A stretch of DNA of 64,000 bases from an uncultured Spirochaetota bacterium. Lineage in GTDB: Bacteria > Spirochaetota > Brevinematia > Brevinematales > JAOACQ01. The notes under the pieces are model-generated. The model ran no database searches. It was not told the DNA's origin and was given only the letters and a program-made list of their open reading frames with translations. The stretch is from NCBI GenBank assembly GCA_963768055.1, contig CAVYGN010000001.1, positions 192,001-256,000 of the forward strand. The letters are read 5' to 3'. The translations under genes were made by a program, and so were the position numbers. Positions 39,247-48,347 of this stretch are shown in pieces (the stretch's first letter is position 1; every line of letters begins with the position of its first letter).

Positions 39247-40384
39247 AGGCTTGCCGGAAAACCGCGCTATCGTCCTGACAGCCCTTGACTGTCATGATAA
39301 TCCTTATCTCGATGATAAAATAAGAGAAGCGGTAAAAGGGATCAAAGACTGGAATTATGTGGCCTTCCATCTTGTCCACCATGGCACGGCCGGCATGTTT
39401 GCAAGGCATGGGGCACGGCTGGGCCTGGAAAATAATATAGACGAAAATTTCCTCCGGGAAATCAGGCTTCGCGACAAGCTTTTCAGGTTCAGAAACGCCA
39501 GGTATTATAAAGAAATGTCCAGGATATCCTCCCTTTTCGAAAAAAACAGGGTATCAATGACTTTTGTAAAGGGCGCACAATTAGTAGCCGCAGGGCTCAT
39601 AGAGCCGGAAAACAGGTTCATGAACGATATCGACTGCATTGTGCCCATTGAAGAAGCGGGCAAGGCCAGGGAACTGCTCCTTGGCGGCGGATATGCCGAG
39701 CAGGGAGAAAATGATTTCGACTGCCGGTATGACCTTAAAGGGGAGATGAGGTTTATTAACATAGAAGACAGGGAAATTTCTGTAGATATAAACATCCTTC
39801 TCAATAAAAACCGGGAACTCCTGCATTGCTACCCTTTAAAGACAGAGGATATGCTCTCCCGTTTAACATGGAAGGCCGGAAAAGGCCTTTCATACAATGA
39901 AATTGAAAACGAATTCCATTTTATATATTGCCTCTACCACCATGCGGCGCTGAATTATTTCTGGAGGCTGAATTGGCTTAACGACCTTTATATCATGTTC
40001 AAAAAAGCTAATATCGAAAGATTATTTTCATATGCATCCAGGTACAAGCTTGGAAGGGTCCTGGACCTTTTCCTCGATATTCTTTCGGCGCATTATGATA
40101 TAAATACTCCCCGGAAATCAAAGGGGATCAATATAGGGCTCAGGAGGCTTTATCTCGATCCTTCATGTTCATTTGCGGACCTTGAAACGATCGACAGGAA
40201 CGAATCGGTCCGCATATTCATGATAGACAGAGTACTCGACCGCATAATATTTTTAATCATGAAGGTCTTTTCTTCTCCCGAAACCCTGAGGATTTATTAT
40301 AATTTGAACCCTTCTTCCGGCATATTTTATGTTTACGGAGTACATGTTAAGAATTTATTTAAAAGAATAATAACTAAAAGGTGA
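39215..40384 (+). CDS. Nucleotidyltransferase (lasso/RiPP-cluster-associated type)
   Basis: VKGA...RFMNDIDC motif, HHA...RLNWLNDL. Confidence 0.82.
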   Translation: MLKMKNFTAHKGLPENRAIVLTALDCHDNPYLDDKIREAVKGIKDWNYVAFHLVHHGTAGMFARHGARLGLENNIDENFLREIRLRDKLFRFRNARYYKEMSRISSLFEKNRVSMTFVKGAQLVAAGLIEPENRFMNDIDCIVPIEEAGKARELLLGGGYAEQGENDFDCRYDLKGEMRFINIEDREISVDINILLNKNRELLHCYPLKTEDMLSRLTWKAGKGLSYNEIENEFHFIYCLYHHAALNYFWRLNWLNDLYIMFKKANIERLFSYASRYKLGRVLDLFLDILSAHYDINTPRKSKGINIGLRRLYLDPSCSFADLETIDRNESVRIFMIDRVLDRIIFLIMKVFSSPETLRIYYNLNPSSGIFYVYGVHVKNLFKRIITKR

Positions 40385-41415
40385 ATTTGATTATGGAAGA
40401 CCGCGCTGGCAGGTTTTTTTCTGGAAGGCTGAAATGCACCCTCGCCCTGAATATTCATGGGACTCTCCTCCATTTATTATGCGACGACCGCAAGCTTCTC
40501 CAGCTTATAAAAAGGCATCTGAAGACCTACTGGGTAGGGCTTGAAAAAGGAAAAAAACCGGACATGGCCTGTTCCATTATTACCCTTCCCCGTAATGACT
40601 TCGATACAGTCCTTGGAAATTATAAAAGAATGAAAAAAATCAAAAACGACGAGGACCTTGATATCAGGTACGGTAAGGCCGGGCCGGAATATGTTTTTGG
40701 AGTAAATGGGGAATGCATCATCCTGTTCAATGGATCAGATGACGACTGCTGCTGTATATTGCTTAAAACAGACGATGGCGGAATACTTGAACCTATGATA
40801 TTTATGGATATCCTTCTGATAGAATGGCTTAAAAACAGAGGGTTTTATTTTATTCATGCCTCGGGCGTCTGCTCCGGAGGCAGGGCTTTTCTTTTTATCG
40901 GGCCGTCGGGAAGCGGCAAATCTACGGCGTCCCTTATAGGCGCTTACAGCGGGCTGGATTTTCTCGGCGACGACCTGATCATTTTAAAAAAATCAGAAAG
41001 CGGTTTTTACGCTTATTCCTATAATGTTAACGTGAAAGTCAACAGGGACATTATGGAGAAAATGGATTATTTTTCCCGGCCTATTTTCCGCGGGAAAAAA
41101 TATGATACGCTTCAGTTCAGCCTTAAAAAACATTTCAGGGTGGATATTTGCAAAAAAGCGCCCGTAGAAAAAATTTATTTTATAAAAAAGAATAACCCTT
41201 TATGCGTCCTGAGCACGGTGGAGGCATACCCTTTGCTGTTAAAGTCAGTCTGCTTTCCGGGGCGGGACAGGTTTAAGCTGGAGCATTTTCAATTATTTCA
41301 GGATTTTTTAAGGTCTGTCAAGTCCTTTACTGTCGGGCATGAAGATATTAATAATAATTTTGCCGCGCTGGTAACCCCTGATATATCCTCTATGCGGCTT
41401 CGCGGAAAGCTTTAA
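40381..41415 (+). CDS. HPr-kinase-like P-loop kinase
   Basis: IHASGV, GPSGSGKST, FLGDD. Confidence 0.82.
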   Translation: MNLIMEDRAGRFFSGRLKCTLALNIHGTLLHLLCDDRKLLQLIKRHLKTYWVGLEKGKKPDMACSIITLPRNDFDTVLGNYKRMKKIKNDEDLDIRYGKAGPEYVFGVNGECIILFNGSDDDCCCILLKTDDGGILEPMIFMDILLIEWLKNRGFYFIHASGVCSGGRAFLFIGPSGSGKSTASLIGAYSGLDFLGDDLIILKKSESGFYAYSYNVNVKVNRDIMEKMDYFSRPIFRGKKYDTLQFSLKKHFRVDICKKAPVEKIYFIKKNNPLCVLSTVEAYPLLLKSVCFPGRDRFKLEHFQLFQDFLRSVKSFTVGHEDINNNFAALVTPDISSMRLRGKL

Positions 41416-42086
41416 ATCTTTTTTGAATGCAGAATATCCTGATCTTCAAACATCATATCAATTTCTATATTATAAGATAAGATTATATTTTCAGTATTTT
41501 CAACAGATTCGGGAATTTTATCAAATATCTTATTGAATGCATCGACCGCTTCGGGGGAAAACTGGTCACCTGAGTGGTTATTTATCTCTTTATAAGCATA
41601 TTCATAAGAGAGCTTCTTTCGATAAGTCCTGTTCGAAGTAATTGCATCAAAACTATCAGCGACGGCAATAATACGTGATTGAAAAGGTATGTCTTCACCG
41701 GAAAGATTTGAGGGATAGCCCAGCCCGTCAAATCTTTCATGATGGTATAAAACAATTTCCGCTATTTCATTGAATATTGGAAGATGTTTTAGGATGGTGT
41801 TACCTATCGCCGAGTGTTTTTGTATAATGAATAATTCATTTTTATCAAGAGCACCGGGTTTGTTCAAAATAAAATCAGGGATACCTATCTTTCCTATATC
41901 ATGCATATGGGCGGCATAATGAATGATTTCAATTTGATTATCGGGCAAATTCATTTCTTCCGCAATCAGCAACGATACGGCTGCAACCCTTTCAGAATGT
42001 GAATAAGTATATGGATCGCGGAAATTCAGAATATTATTGACAATATCTATTAATTCATCTACAGAAAGATTGTGATCTTTTATCAT
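41412..42086 (-). CDS. HD-GYP cyclic-di-GMP phosphodiesterase
   Basis: HDIGK, HHERFDGLGYP, AVADSFDA. Confidence 0.92.
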   Translation of the reverse strand: MIKDHNLSVDELIDIVNNILNFRDPYTYSHSERVAAVSLLIAEEMNLPDNQIEIIHYAAHMHDIGKIGIPDFILNKPGALDKNELFIIQKHSAIGNTILKHLPIFNEIAEIVLYHHERFDGLGYPSNLSGEDIPFQSRIIAVADSFDAITSNRTYRKKLSYEYAYKEINNHSGDQFSPEAVDAFNKIFDKIPESVENTENIILSYNIEIDMMFEDQDILHSKKI

Positions 42087-42312
42087 TAAATATCTTCCCC
42101 TTTGATTTACTACAATATACCGGGACAGTAAACTTTGAAAACGCCGGTGCATGATTATAACATGGAGTTTAATGTTTTGCGGTTTTATTATACTTCATAA
42201 TTATTTTGTCTTATATTCGGTCGAAATATCGGCCAATATGAATTTACCTCTTGACTCGATATTAAAAATAAGATACAATCAGTCATTAAAGAATATTAAT
42301 AGCGGTATCAAA

Positions 42313-42645
42313 ATGGAACAGATGTTTTACGAAGGAAATTACAGTGTTGCTGTTAAAAATGGGACTGTAGAAATCATCGGGAAAGTCGATTCCATAGATT
42401 ACTCGAAGTTAATATCATATCTGAGTACGAATATCGATCAGTCAGGTTTTGAAAATATCAGTATCGATTTCAGAAAAGCAATTTTCATCAATTCCCTTGG
42501 TATTAAAGTTTTCGCGCGTTTCATTTATACCGCTAAGAGCAGAATTGTTTTAATAATCGATTCCTCCATTGAATGGCAGAATATCGCAATCGCACCGCTA
42601 GTTAATATCAGACCGGATGGGCAGGCTATCTTAAGGGCTTATTAA
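42313..42645 (+). CDS. STAS-like (slr1659-type) anti-anti-sigma-like protein
   Basis: IDFRKAIFINSLGI...WQ; paralog of 43580-43903. Confidence 0.65.
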   Translation: MEQMFYEGNYSVAVKNGTVEIIGKVDSIDYSKLISYLSTNIDQSGFENISIDFRKAIFINSLGIKVFARFIYTAKSRIVLIIDSSIEWQNIAIAPLVNIRPDGQAILRAY

Positions 42646-42663
42646 ATAAGGCTGCTGTTTTTG

Positions 42664-43356
42664 TTATTTATATATCTTCCTGATAGAAGCGACAATTATC
42701 CCCAGGATGTATTTTTTATCATCTTTCCCAAAGTTTTTCATATTAATTATATCATCATTTTCAAGCACGGTATTTTGAGATTCCGATAATGAATGAAGAA
42801 ACTTTTCAATCATATTCTGGTTGACCTGTATGGAATAAAAGGAATCTCCGGTACTGTTGAATAGCTGGCAAATTTCAATTTTGTTTCCACTGCGCATGGC
42901 ATAATATCTTTTATCTACAACCCGGCTGAAACCCCGGCGAATGATATGTGTGATATTTTCCGCCTCTTTAAATAGAAAATAGATATTGTCGATTTCTTCC
43001 TGGGTAAGGTTTGATATTTTGTCATCAAAGATATCATTATCGATGATATCCAGCGAAACCTTTTCATATTTGTAAGTGTTGTTCCAATCGTCAAAAGCAA
43101 AAAGCAACTCATCTTTTGAAAAATCAGAGAAGATCCTGAGTGAAATCAAAGGGCTCCTGGCAGGCAGGAAATATTCGACTGGTTGTTTAAAAACTATGGA
43201 AAGTTTTTCAATATCTTCATATTGGGGCATTCTCTCATTTTGCTCCCATTTTGAAACAAGATTGGACGATACCTTCAATTGATCGGCTAATTCTATTTGC
43301 GTCCAGTTTTCTTTTTTTCTGAACATTCTTATTTTATCGCCGATAGTCATAAACAT
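42664..43356 (-). CDS. XRE-family HTH transcriptional regulator
   Basis: IGDKIRMFRKKENWTQIELAD...VSKWEQNERMP. Confidence 0.88.
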   Translation of the reverse strand: MFMTIGDKIRMFRKKENWTQIELADQLKVSSNLVSKWEQNERMPQYEDIEKLSIVFKQPVEYFLPARSPLISLRIFSDFSKDELLFAFDDWNNTYKYEKVSLDIIDNDIFDDKISNLTQEEIDNIYFLFKEAENITHIIRRGFSRVVDKRYYAMRSGNKIEICQLFNSTGDSFYSIQVNQNMIEKFLHSLSESQNTVLENDDIINMKNFGKDDKKYILGIIVASIRKIYK

Positions 43357-43480
43357 TTCCTTGTATTATTTTACTATATATAAATTATTATTTCAAGAGA
43401 AAAGAAAATTTTATTAAAAAATTAATTTCAAATTATTACAATGTTTTATTATATATTAATAAAATACAATAATAATTGAT

Positions 43481-43504
43481 AAAATGTACATTATTGTACA
43501 TTTT
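43481..43504. promoter_or_regulatory. Perfect 10-bp inverted repeat, candidate operator
   Basis: AAAATGTACA-TTAT-TGTACATTTT. Confidence 0.55.
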
Positions 43505-43507
43505 CTA

Positions 43508-43536
43508 TTGACAAAAAAATTTACTTGTGATAATAT
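43508..43536 (+). promoter_or_regulatory. sigma70 promoter of the STAS/c-di-GMP operon
   Basis: TTGACA-17 nt-TAATAT with TGn extension. Confidence 0.6.
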
Positions 43537-43579
43537 AGGATAATAGCGCATAAGGTATTATTAATTCTGGAGGCAGATT

Positions 43580-43903
43580 ATGGAGTATAAAGACGAGGCG
43601 TTCACAATTACTTTTGAAGGAACGAAAATTTCGTTTAAAGGTAAAATCGAAAAATCGAATTATGAAGATCTATCGGCCTTTCTCAAAAAGGTTGATAATA
43701 ATGTCAACGATACCGAAATACAGGTTGATCTTCGCCAGCTTGATTTTCTGAACTCCAGCGGTATAAGGAGCCTTGCGGTATTTTTCCTTGAATCAAAAAA
43801 GAATATCAGGATTATCATAGATCCGGGCAAGACCTGGCAAAAGGTCGGAATTACTCCTCTTGAAAGTTTAAGAGAAGCAGGAAAGGTAAAAGTTTCCGAA
43901 TAA
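43580..43903 (+). CDS. STAS-like (slr1659-type) protein
   Basis: VDLRQLDFLNSSGIRSL...TWQ. Confidence 0.75.
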   Translation: MEYKDEAFTITFEGTKISFKGKIEKSNYEDLSAFLKKVDNNVNDTEIQVDLRQLDFLNSSGIRSLAVFFLESKKNIRIIIDPGKTWQKVGITPLESLREAGKVKVSE

Positions 43904-43923
43904 ATATATTTTGAGAGGGATTT

Positions 43924-44451
43924 ATGGAAGATACTACTGATTACCAGAATATCAAAAAACATCAGGATTTTGAATATTTTTTCCGTTTTATGAAAACGGA
44001 AGATAATTTTGAAGAATTATGGAGGATGAAATCAAGTGCGCGTGAAAGCTTAAAAGAATGGCTGATGTCTACTCACGCTGTCCCGAAAAAGGCTGAAGTA
44101 ATTTCAAATTCGGCAAGCGAACTTATTGAGAATTGTATTAAATATTCAATAATGAACGCCCACTCATTCGTATATATTCAGGTAATGGGAAAGACAGTCA
44201 CAATTGAGACGATGAATTCATCAAACCCCGAACAAAAAAGTAAGATCGCAGAATACATGCATTTCATAAATACTAATTCCAAGGACAATCCCACAAGATT
44301 ATATCTGGAAAAGATAGCAGAATCGGTCCATACAGGTAAAAGCCAGATCGGACTTCTCAAGATTCTGATGGAAACTAAAGGCACCCTGGAAATGGTTGAC
44401 CATCCGGGAGAGGAAAATATTGTTCACATCAGGGTCAGGATGAACGTCTGA
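43924..44451 (+). CDS. GHKL-like anti-sigma/SiaB-type kinase (slr1658-like)
   Basis: N-box ASELIENCIKYS and G-box SQIGLLKI. Confidence 0.65.
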   Translation: MEDTTDYQNIKKHQDFEYFFRFMKTEDNFEELWRMKSSARESLKEWLMSTHAVPKKAEVISNSASELIENCIKYSIMNAHSFVYIQVMGKTVTIETMNSSNPEQKSKIAEYMHFINTNSKDNPTRLYLEKIAESVHTGKSQIGLLKILMETKGTLEMVDHPGEENIVHIRVRMNV

Positions 44452-44476
44452 GTTCCGGCTTTAGGGGGATAAGATC

Positions 44477-44995
44477 TTGACTGATGATATCAGGTATAGG
44501 GAAACCAGAGATTTTGAATACTATTTTCGTTTTAAGAAACTCCCTGAAAACTTTGAGGAACTATGGAGAATGAAATCATCGGCCCGGGAAAGCCTCAAGG
44601 AATGGCTTGTTGCAGTTAAAGCCGGATTCAAAACGGCTGAAGTGATCGCGAATTCGGCCAGTGAACTTATAGAGAACTGCATTAAATATTCCGTTATAAA
44701 CACCTTTTCTTCTATTTATATCTCGGTCATGGACGGCTTTGTACGGATAGAAACAGTCAACACCGCGTCTGATAATAACAAAAAGGTGCTGACACAATTC
44801 ATAGAAATTATTAATTCTCAGAAGGAATCCCTTGCATCTCTATTTTTAAAAAAAATCATGGACTATGCAGAAAACATTACCAGTCAGATAGGCCTTATTA
44901 AGATAATGATGGAATCGAGGGGCGTTATCCGCCTTATCGACAATAGTAAAGAAAACGATATTGTTTGTCTCAGGTTTGAAATGAAAACAAATTAA
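44477..44995 (+). CDS. GHKL-like anti-sigma/SiaB-type kinase paralog
   Basis: Shares NFEELWRMKSSARESLKEWL and ASELIENCIKYS with the upstream gene; TTG start with AGGGGG RBS. Confidence 0.65.
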   Translation: MTDDIRYRETRDFEYYFRFKKLPENFEELWRMKSSARESLKEWLVAVKAGFKTAEVIANSASELIENCIKYSVINTFSSIYISVMDGFVRIETVNTASDNNKKVLTQFIEIINSQKESLASLFLKKIMDYAENITSQIGLIKIMMESRGVIRLIDNSKENDIVCLRFEMKTN

Positions 44996-45010
44996 AGGGG
45001 CCTTTTTAAT

Positions 45011-46237
45011 ATGACTGAAATAGAAATCACCAGGGCAATTATAATTATAGCCTTATATCTATCCGTTGCCGCTTTATCTTTATTTTTACTTACCGGCAAA
45101 TATTCTGGTATAATATTATCGGCGATCGGCGCCCTGTGCCTTTTAATATTTATTCCGGCCGGTTCAATACCCGGTTACTCATTTGGGGCAGGAATCGTCC
45201 TGGAAGGGTTTATACTTTTTTTTTACCGGCTTAAGGAGAAGAGGGAGAAGTATTCTCTAATTAAGGATAAAGTTTCATATGAATCCGGTAATCAAATGAC
45301 TATTTTAAAGGATGACCTTGGAAGGAACCTGTCGGAAATTAACGGAATGATTAAAGCTTATTCAGGTAAAGTTGATACCCTTTTCTTTTCATCGCTGGAA
45401 TTGAATTCCAAGGTCAACAAGACTTATGAAGATTGGCAGCAGCTTATGGATTCCATTGAAGGTATCGACACCGAGGTCGATAAACAGGATAAGGTTGTCG
45501 AACTTGATATATTAAAACAGCAGGAGCTATACCGGAAACTTGAAAGCCTGATGGAAACCGTGCATAACGCCGGGGAAATCAATAAAGTTTTAAAAGATAA
45601 CGCTGAAATGGGAAAATCGGGCCTGAATACGGTTTCCGAATCAAACAAAAAGTTTTTTAATTACCAGAAAAAAATGACGGCTATTAATAAACTGATACTC
45701 GATATTGCGGTCAGGACACACATTCTCTCCCTGAACGCGTCTATCGAAGCTACAAAAGCCGGGAATTACGGCCATGGTTTTTCAATCGTGGCGGCGGAAG
45801 TAAGGCGCCTGGCGGATGAAACACGCCGTCAATCCGGAGAAATAAACAATCTAATTAGCGGCATGAACACTGAAATAGATGTCAGTATCCATGTAATGGA
45901 TGATGTATATAATAACCTCATGATGATATTGGAGGGCATCGAAAAGTCATACCCGGTTATTACCGGGATCGGCGAAGCGATGACTCAAATCATGGAAGGA
46001 GGGAAGCTGACACGGGAGAATATCCGTAGTTTGAAGCAGGGCATGTTTTTAATTAAAGAAAATACCGAAAAGGAAGGAAAGATAGCCCGGGATTATTATA
46101 ATACCTTTATCAGCTTGAAGGATTACTTTATCATGCTTGCAAAAACTATTGACGAATTGAAGGATTATAACCAGAAATCATTTAATTTTCTTAAGAACAT
46201 CGATTTCCTTAAAGATTCCCCTAAAATGGAGGGCTAG
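45011..46237 (+). CDS. Methyl-accepting chemotaxis-like protein
   Basis: N-terminal TMs; ILSLNASIEATKAG..GHGFSIVAAEVRRLA. Confidence 0.85.
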   Translation: MTEIEITRAIIIIALYLSVAALSLFLLTGKYSGIILSAIGALCLLIFIPAGSIPGYSFGAGIVLEGFILFFYRLKEKREKYSLIKDKVSYESGNQMTILKDDLGRNLSEINGMIKAYSGKVDTLFFSSLELNSKVNKTYEDWQQLMDSIEGIDTEVDKQDKVVELDILKQQELYRKLESLMETVHNAGEINKVLKDNAEMGKSGLNTVSESNKKFFNYQKKMTAINKLILDIAVRTHILSLNASIEATKAGNYGHGFSIVAAEVRRLADETRRQSGEINNLISGMNTEIDVSIHVMDDVYNNLMMILEGIEKSYPVITGIGEAMTQIMEGGKLTRENIRSLKQGMFLIKENTEKEGKIARDYYNTFISLKDYFIMLAKTIDELKDYNQKSFNFLKNIDFLKDSPKMEG

Positions 46238-46238
46238 C

Positions 46239-47243
46239 ATGGATAGAGCTGCAAATCCTGATATCCTTGAAAAAATGCTGGCGGGAATATCCGATGCAGT
46301 CATATATACCGATCTTAAATTGAAAATTTACTTTTATAAGGGCGGGGCTCAAAAAATTTTTGGTTATCTTGAAAGTGAGGTTAAAGGAAAAGAGCTGTCA
46401 TTCCTGATAGACAATATAGCAACAATTTATAAGGAATCAGTTAATTTTGGCCCGGTCAAAGACTTAATATGCAAAAACAAGGATGGAAAGGACGTTAAAG
46501 CTGACCTGATAAACTGTACGGTGTCCGAAAGAGAGGGAATAGTATGGATTTTCAGGGAACAGACTGAAAGGAACCTTGTTGAGATTTTTCTTGATATGTA
46601 TCATGACAATATTGAAAGGGAACTTTTGCGCCAGGTCAATGAAAAAACTCATGCCCTTGAAAATCTAACCCTCGCACTTGTCAATGCCCTTGAAAACGCC
46701 AACCTCCTGAACGATACCGAGACGGGCAGTCATATTATAAGGGTAAGCGAGTTTTCCGGCCTTCTTGCCGAATGCCTGAATGCAAGCCCTGACTTTATTA
46801 AACGGATCAAGCTTTATTCCCCTCTCCATGACGCAGGAAAGGTCGGCATTCCCGACCGGCTGTTGAAAAAACATGGAAGATATACGCCTTCGGAAGCAAA
46901 ACTCATGCAGGAGCATGTCATAATTGGAGGCAGGATGCTTGAGAGTAAGGAAATCGACGATATGGCTAGAAATATTGTGCTTTACCATCATGAAAAATGG
47001 GATGGAAGCGGTTATGTTAAAGGCCTTAAAGGCGAAGAAATACCTTATGAAGCGAGGATAGTCGCTGTAGCAGATATATACGACGCCCTGCTTTCGAAGA
47101 GGGTGTATAAAGAGGCTTACCCGAAGGAAAAGGCGCATAAAATCATAAAAGAGCTGGGAGGAACCGAGCTTGATCCCGTTATCGTAAAGGCCCTGCTGGA
47201 TAATTCCGCCAGATTTGAAGATCTTTTCGACCGTAACAACTAA
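46239..47243 (+). CDS. PAS + HD-GYP phosphodiesterase
   Basis: ETGSHIIRV, LHDAGK, HHEKWDGSGY, AVADIYDAL. Confidence 0.9.
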   Translation: MDRAANPDILEKMLAGISDAVIYTDLKLKIYFYKGGAQKIFGYLESEVKGKELSFLIDNIATIYKESVNFGPVKDLICKNKDGKDVKADLINCTVSEREGIVWIFREQTERNLVEIFLDMYHDNIERELLRQVNEKTHALENLTLALVNALENANLLNDTETGSHIIRVSEFSGLLAECLNASPDFIKRIKLYSPLHDAGKVGIPDRLLKKHGRYTPSEAKLMQEHVIIGGRMLESKEIDDMARNIVLYHHEKWDGSGYVKGLKGEEIPYEARIVAVADIYDALLSKRVYKEAYPKEKAHKIIKELGGTELDPVIVKALLDNSARFEDLFDRNN

Positions 47244-47268
47244 AATTATTCAAGAGGTAGATAATTAT

Positions 47269-48339
47269 ATGCCCTATATAAAATTCTTTTTATTGATAAT
47301 AGCAGGTCTGGTTTTGCTGCTGGCGGGATGCGCAATATTCATTCTGGATTTCTTCGGAATAAACCCGGGCGGGATATCTATGGCCGTTGTCTTTACCTGC
47401 TTAATGTTGAATGTATGCCTGGGATTATATTATCTTGTAAAAAACTACAGTACATGGCAGTCTTTTAACAACGAGGAGTTTAAAGAAAAATTCATACCGG
47501 GTCCGGGAATGATGCTGGAAATAATGCATCATGCGATTGTACAGAAAAAGGCTATTATTCAACTTGAGAATGCGATCGAGGAGGATAAAAAGATCGATAA
47601 CGCAATGGCGAAATACTTTGACGCTCTCTATACGGAACTCCTGAAACTGGCAGACCAGAGGGAAAAGGAATTACAAAAAGACAAGTTTATCGACAGGGTT
47701 ATGGAAGCCATCTATGATAATATTCACATTGCCCTTCATGATATGGTAAATGAGAAAACCAATAACCTTGAAGAAGCCCAGAATACTATAAAGAAATATG
47801 AAACATATATAAAGGAAATAATTCATGAAAAAACAAAAAAACTTAATGAAGAAAACTTGAAATTGAGGGAGATGGCAATCACCGATGATCTGACCGGTTT
47901 GTGCAACCGCAGGGGTTTTATGATGTTAACCCAGGAAAGAATGAATGAAGCGGTACGGCAGAAACAAAGAATATCTCTTCTGTTTATTGATATTGATAAC
48001 TTCAAGGGAATTAATGACGCATTCGGTCATGATGAAGGCGACTATCTTCTTAAGCAGACTGCCAAAGTGCTCTGCAGCAGCCTGAGGAGTGATGATATAA
48101 TAAGCAGGTATGGCGGAGATGAGTTTGTCGTTTTTATGCAGTCGGTAGATACGGATGCGGTCATAACGAGAATCGATCAGAATTGTGAAAAATTCAACAG
48201 GGATTCTTCAAAGGTTTATAAGTTATCGCTCTCAATAGGGAACTGTTCGCTTTTCCCTGATTCGCAGAATGCCATTGACATTATGATCAGGGAGGCTGAC
48301 AATAAAATGTACCTTAATAAATCGATCAGAAAAAGATAG
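47269..48339 (+). CDS. Membrane-anchored diguanylate cyclase
   Basis: 2 TM helices, coiled coil, DDLTGLCNRR, RYGGDEF. Confidence 0.92.
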   Translation: MPYIKFFLLIIAGLVLLLAGCAIFILDFFGINPGGISMAVVFTCLMLNVCLGLYYLVKNYSTWQSFNNEEFKEKFIPGPGMMLEIMHHAIVQKKAIIQLENAIEEDKKIDNAMAKYFDALYTELLKLADQREKELQKDKFIDRVMEAIYDNIHIALHDMVNEKTNNLEEAQNTIKKYETYIKEIIHEKTKKLNEENLKLREMAITDDLTGLCNRRGFMMLTQERMNEAVRQKQRISLLFIDIDNFKGINDAFGHDEGDYLLKQTAKVLCSSLRSDDIISRYGGDEFVVFMQSVDTDAVITRIDQNCEKFNRDSSKVYKLSLSIGNCSLFPDSQNAIDIMIREADNKMYLNKSIRKR

Positions 48340-48347
48340 GGAATCTT

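Noticed and set aside
29152..41415. Classical lasso peptide, PQQ, sactipeptide or ranthipeptide cluster
   Set aside because: No lasso cyclase or acidic ring residue; no pqqB/C or ExxxY precursor; the precursor has no Cys.
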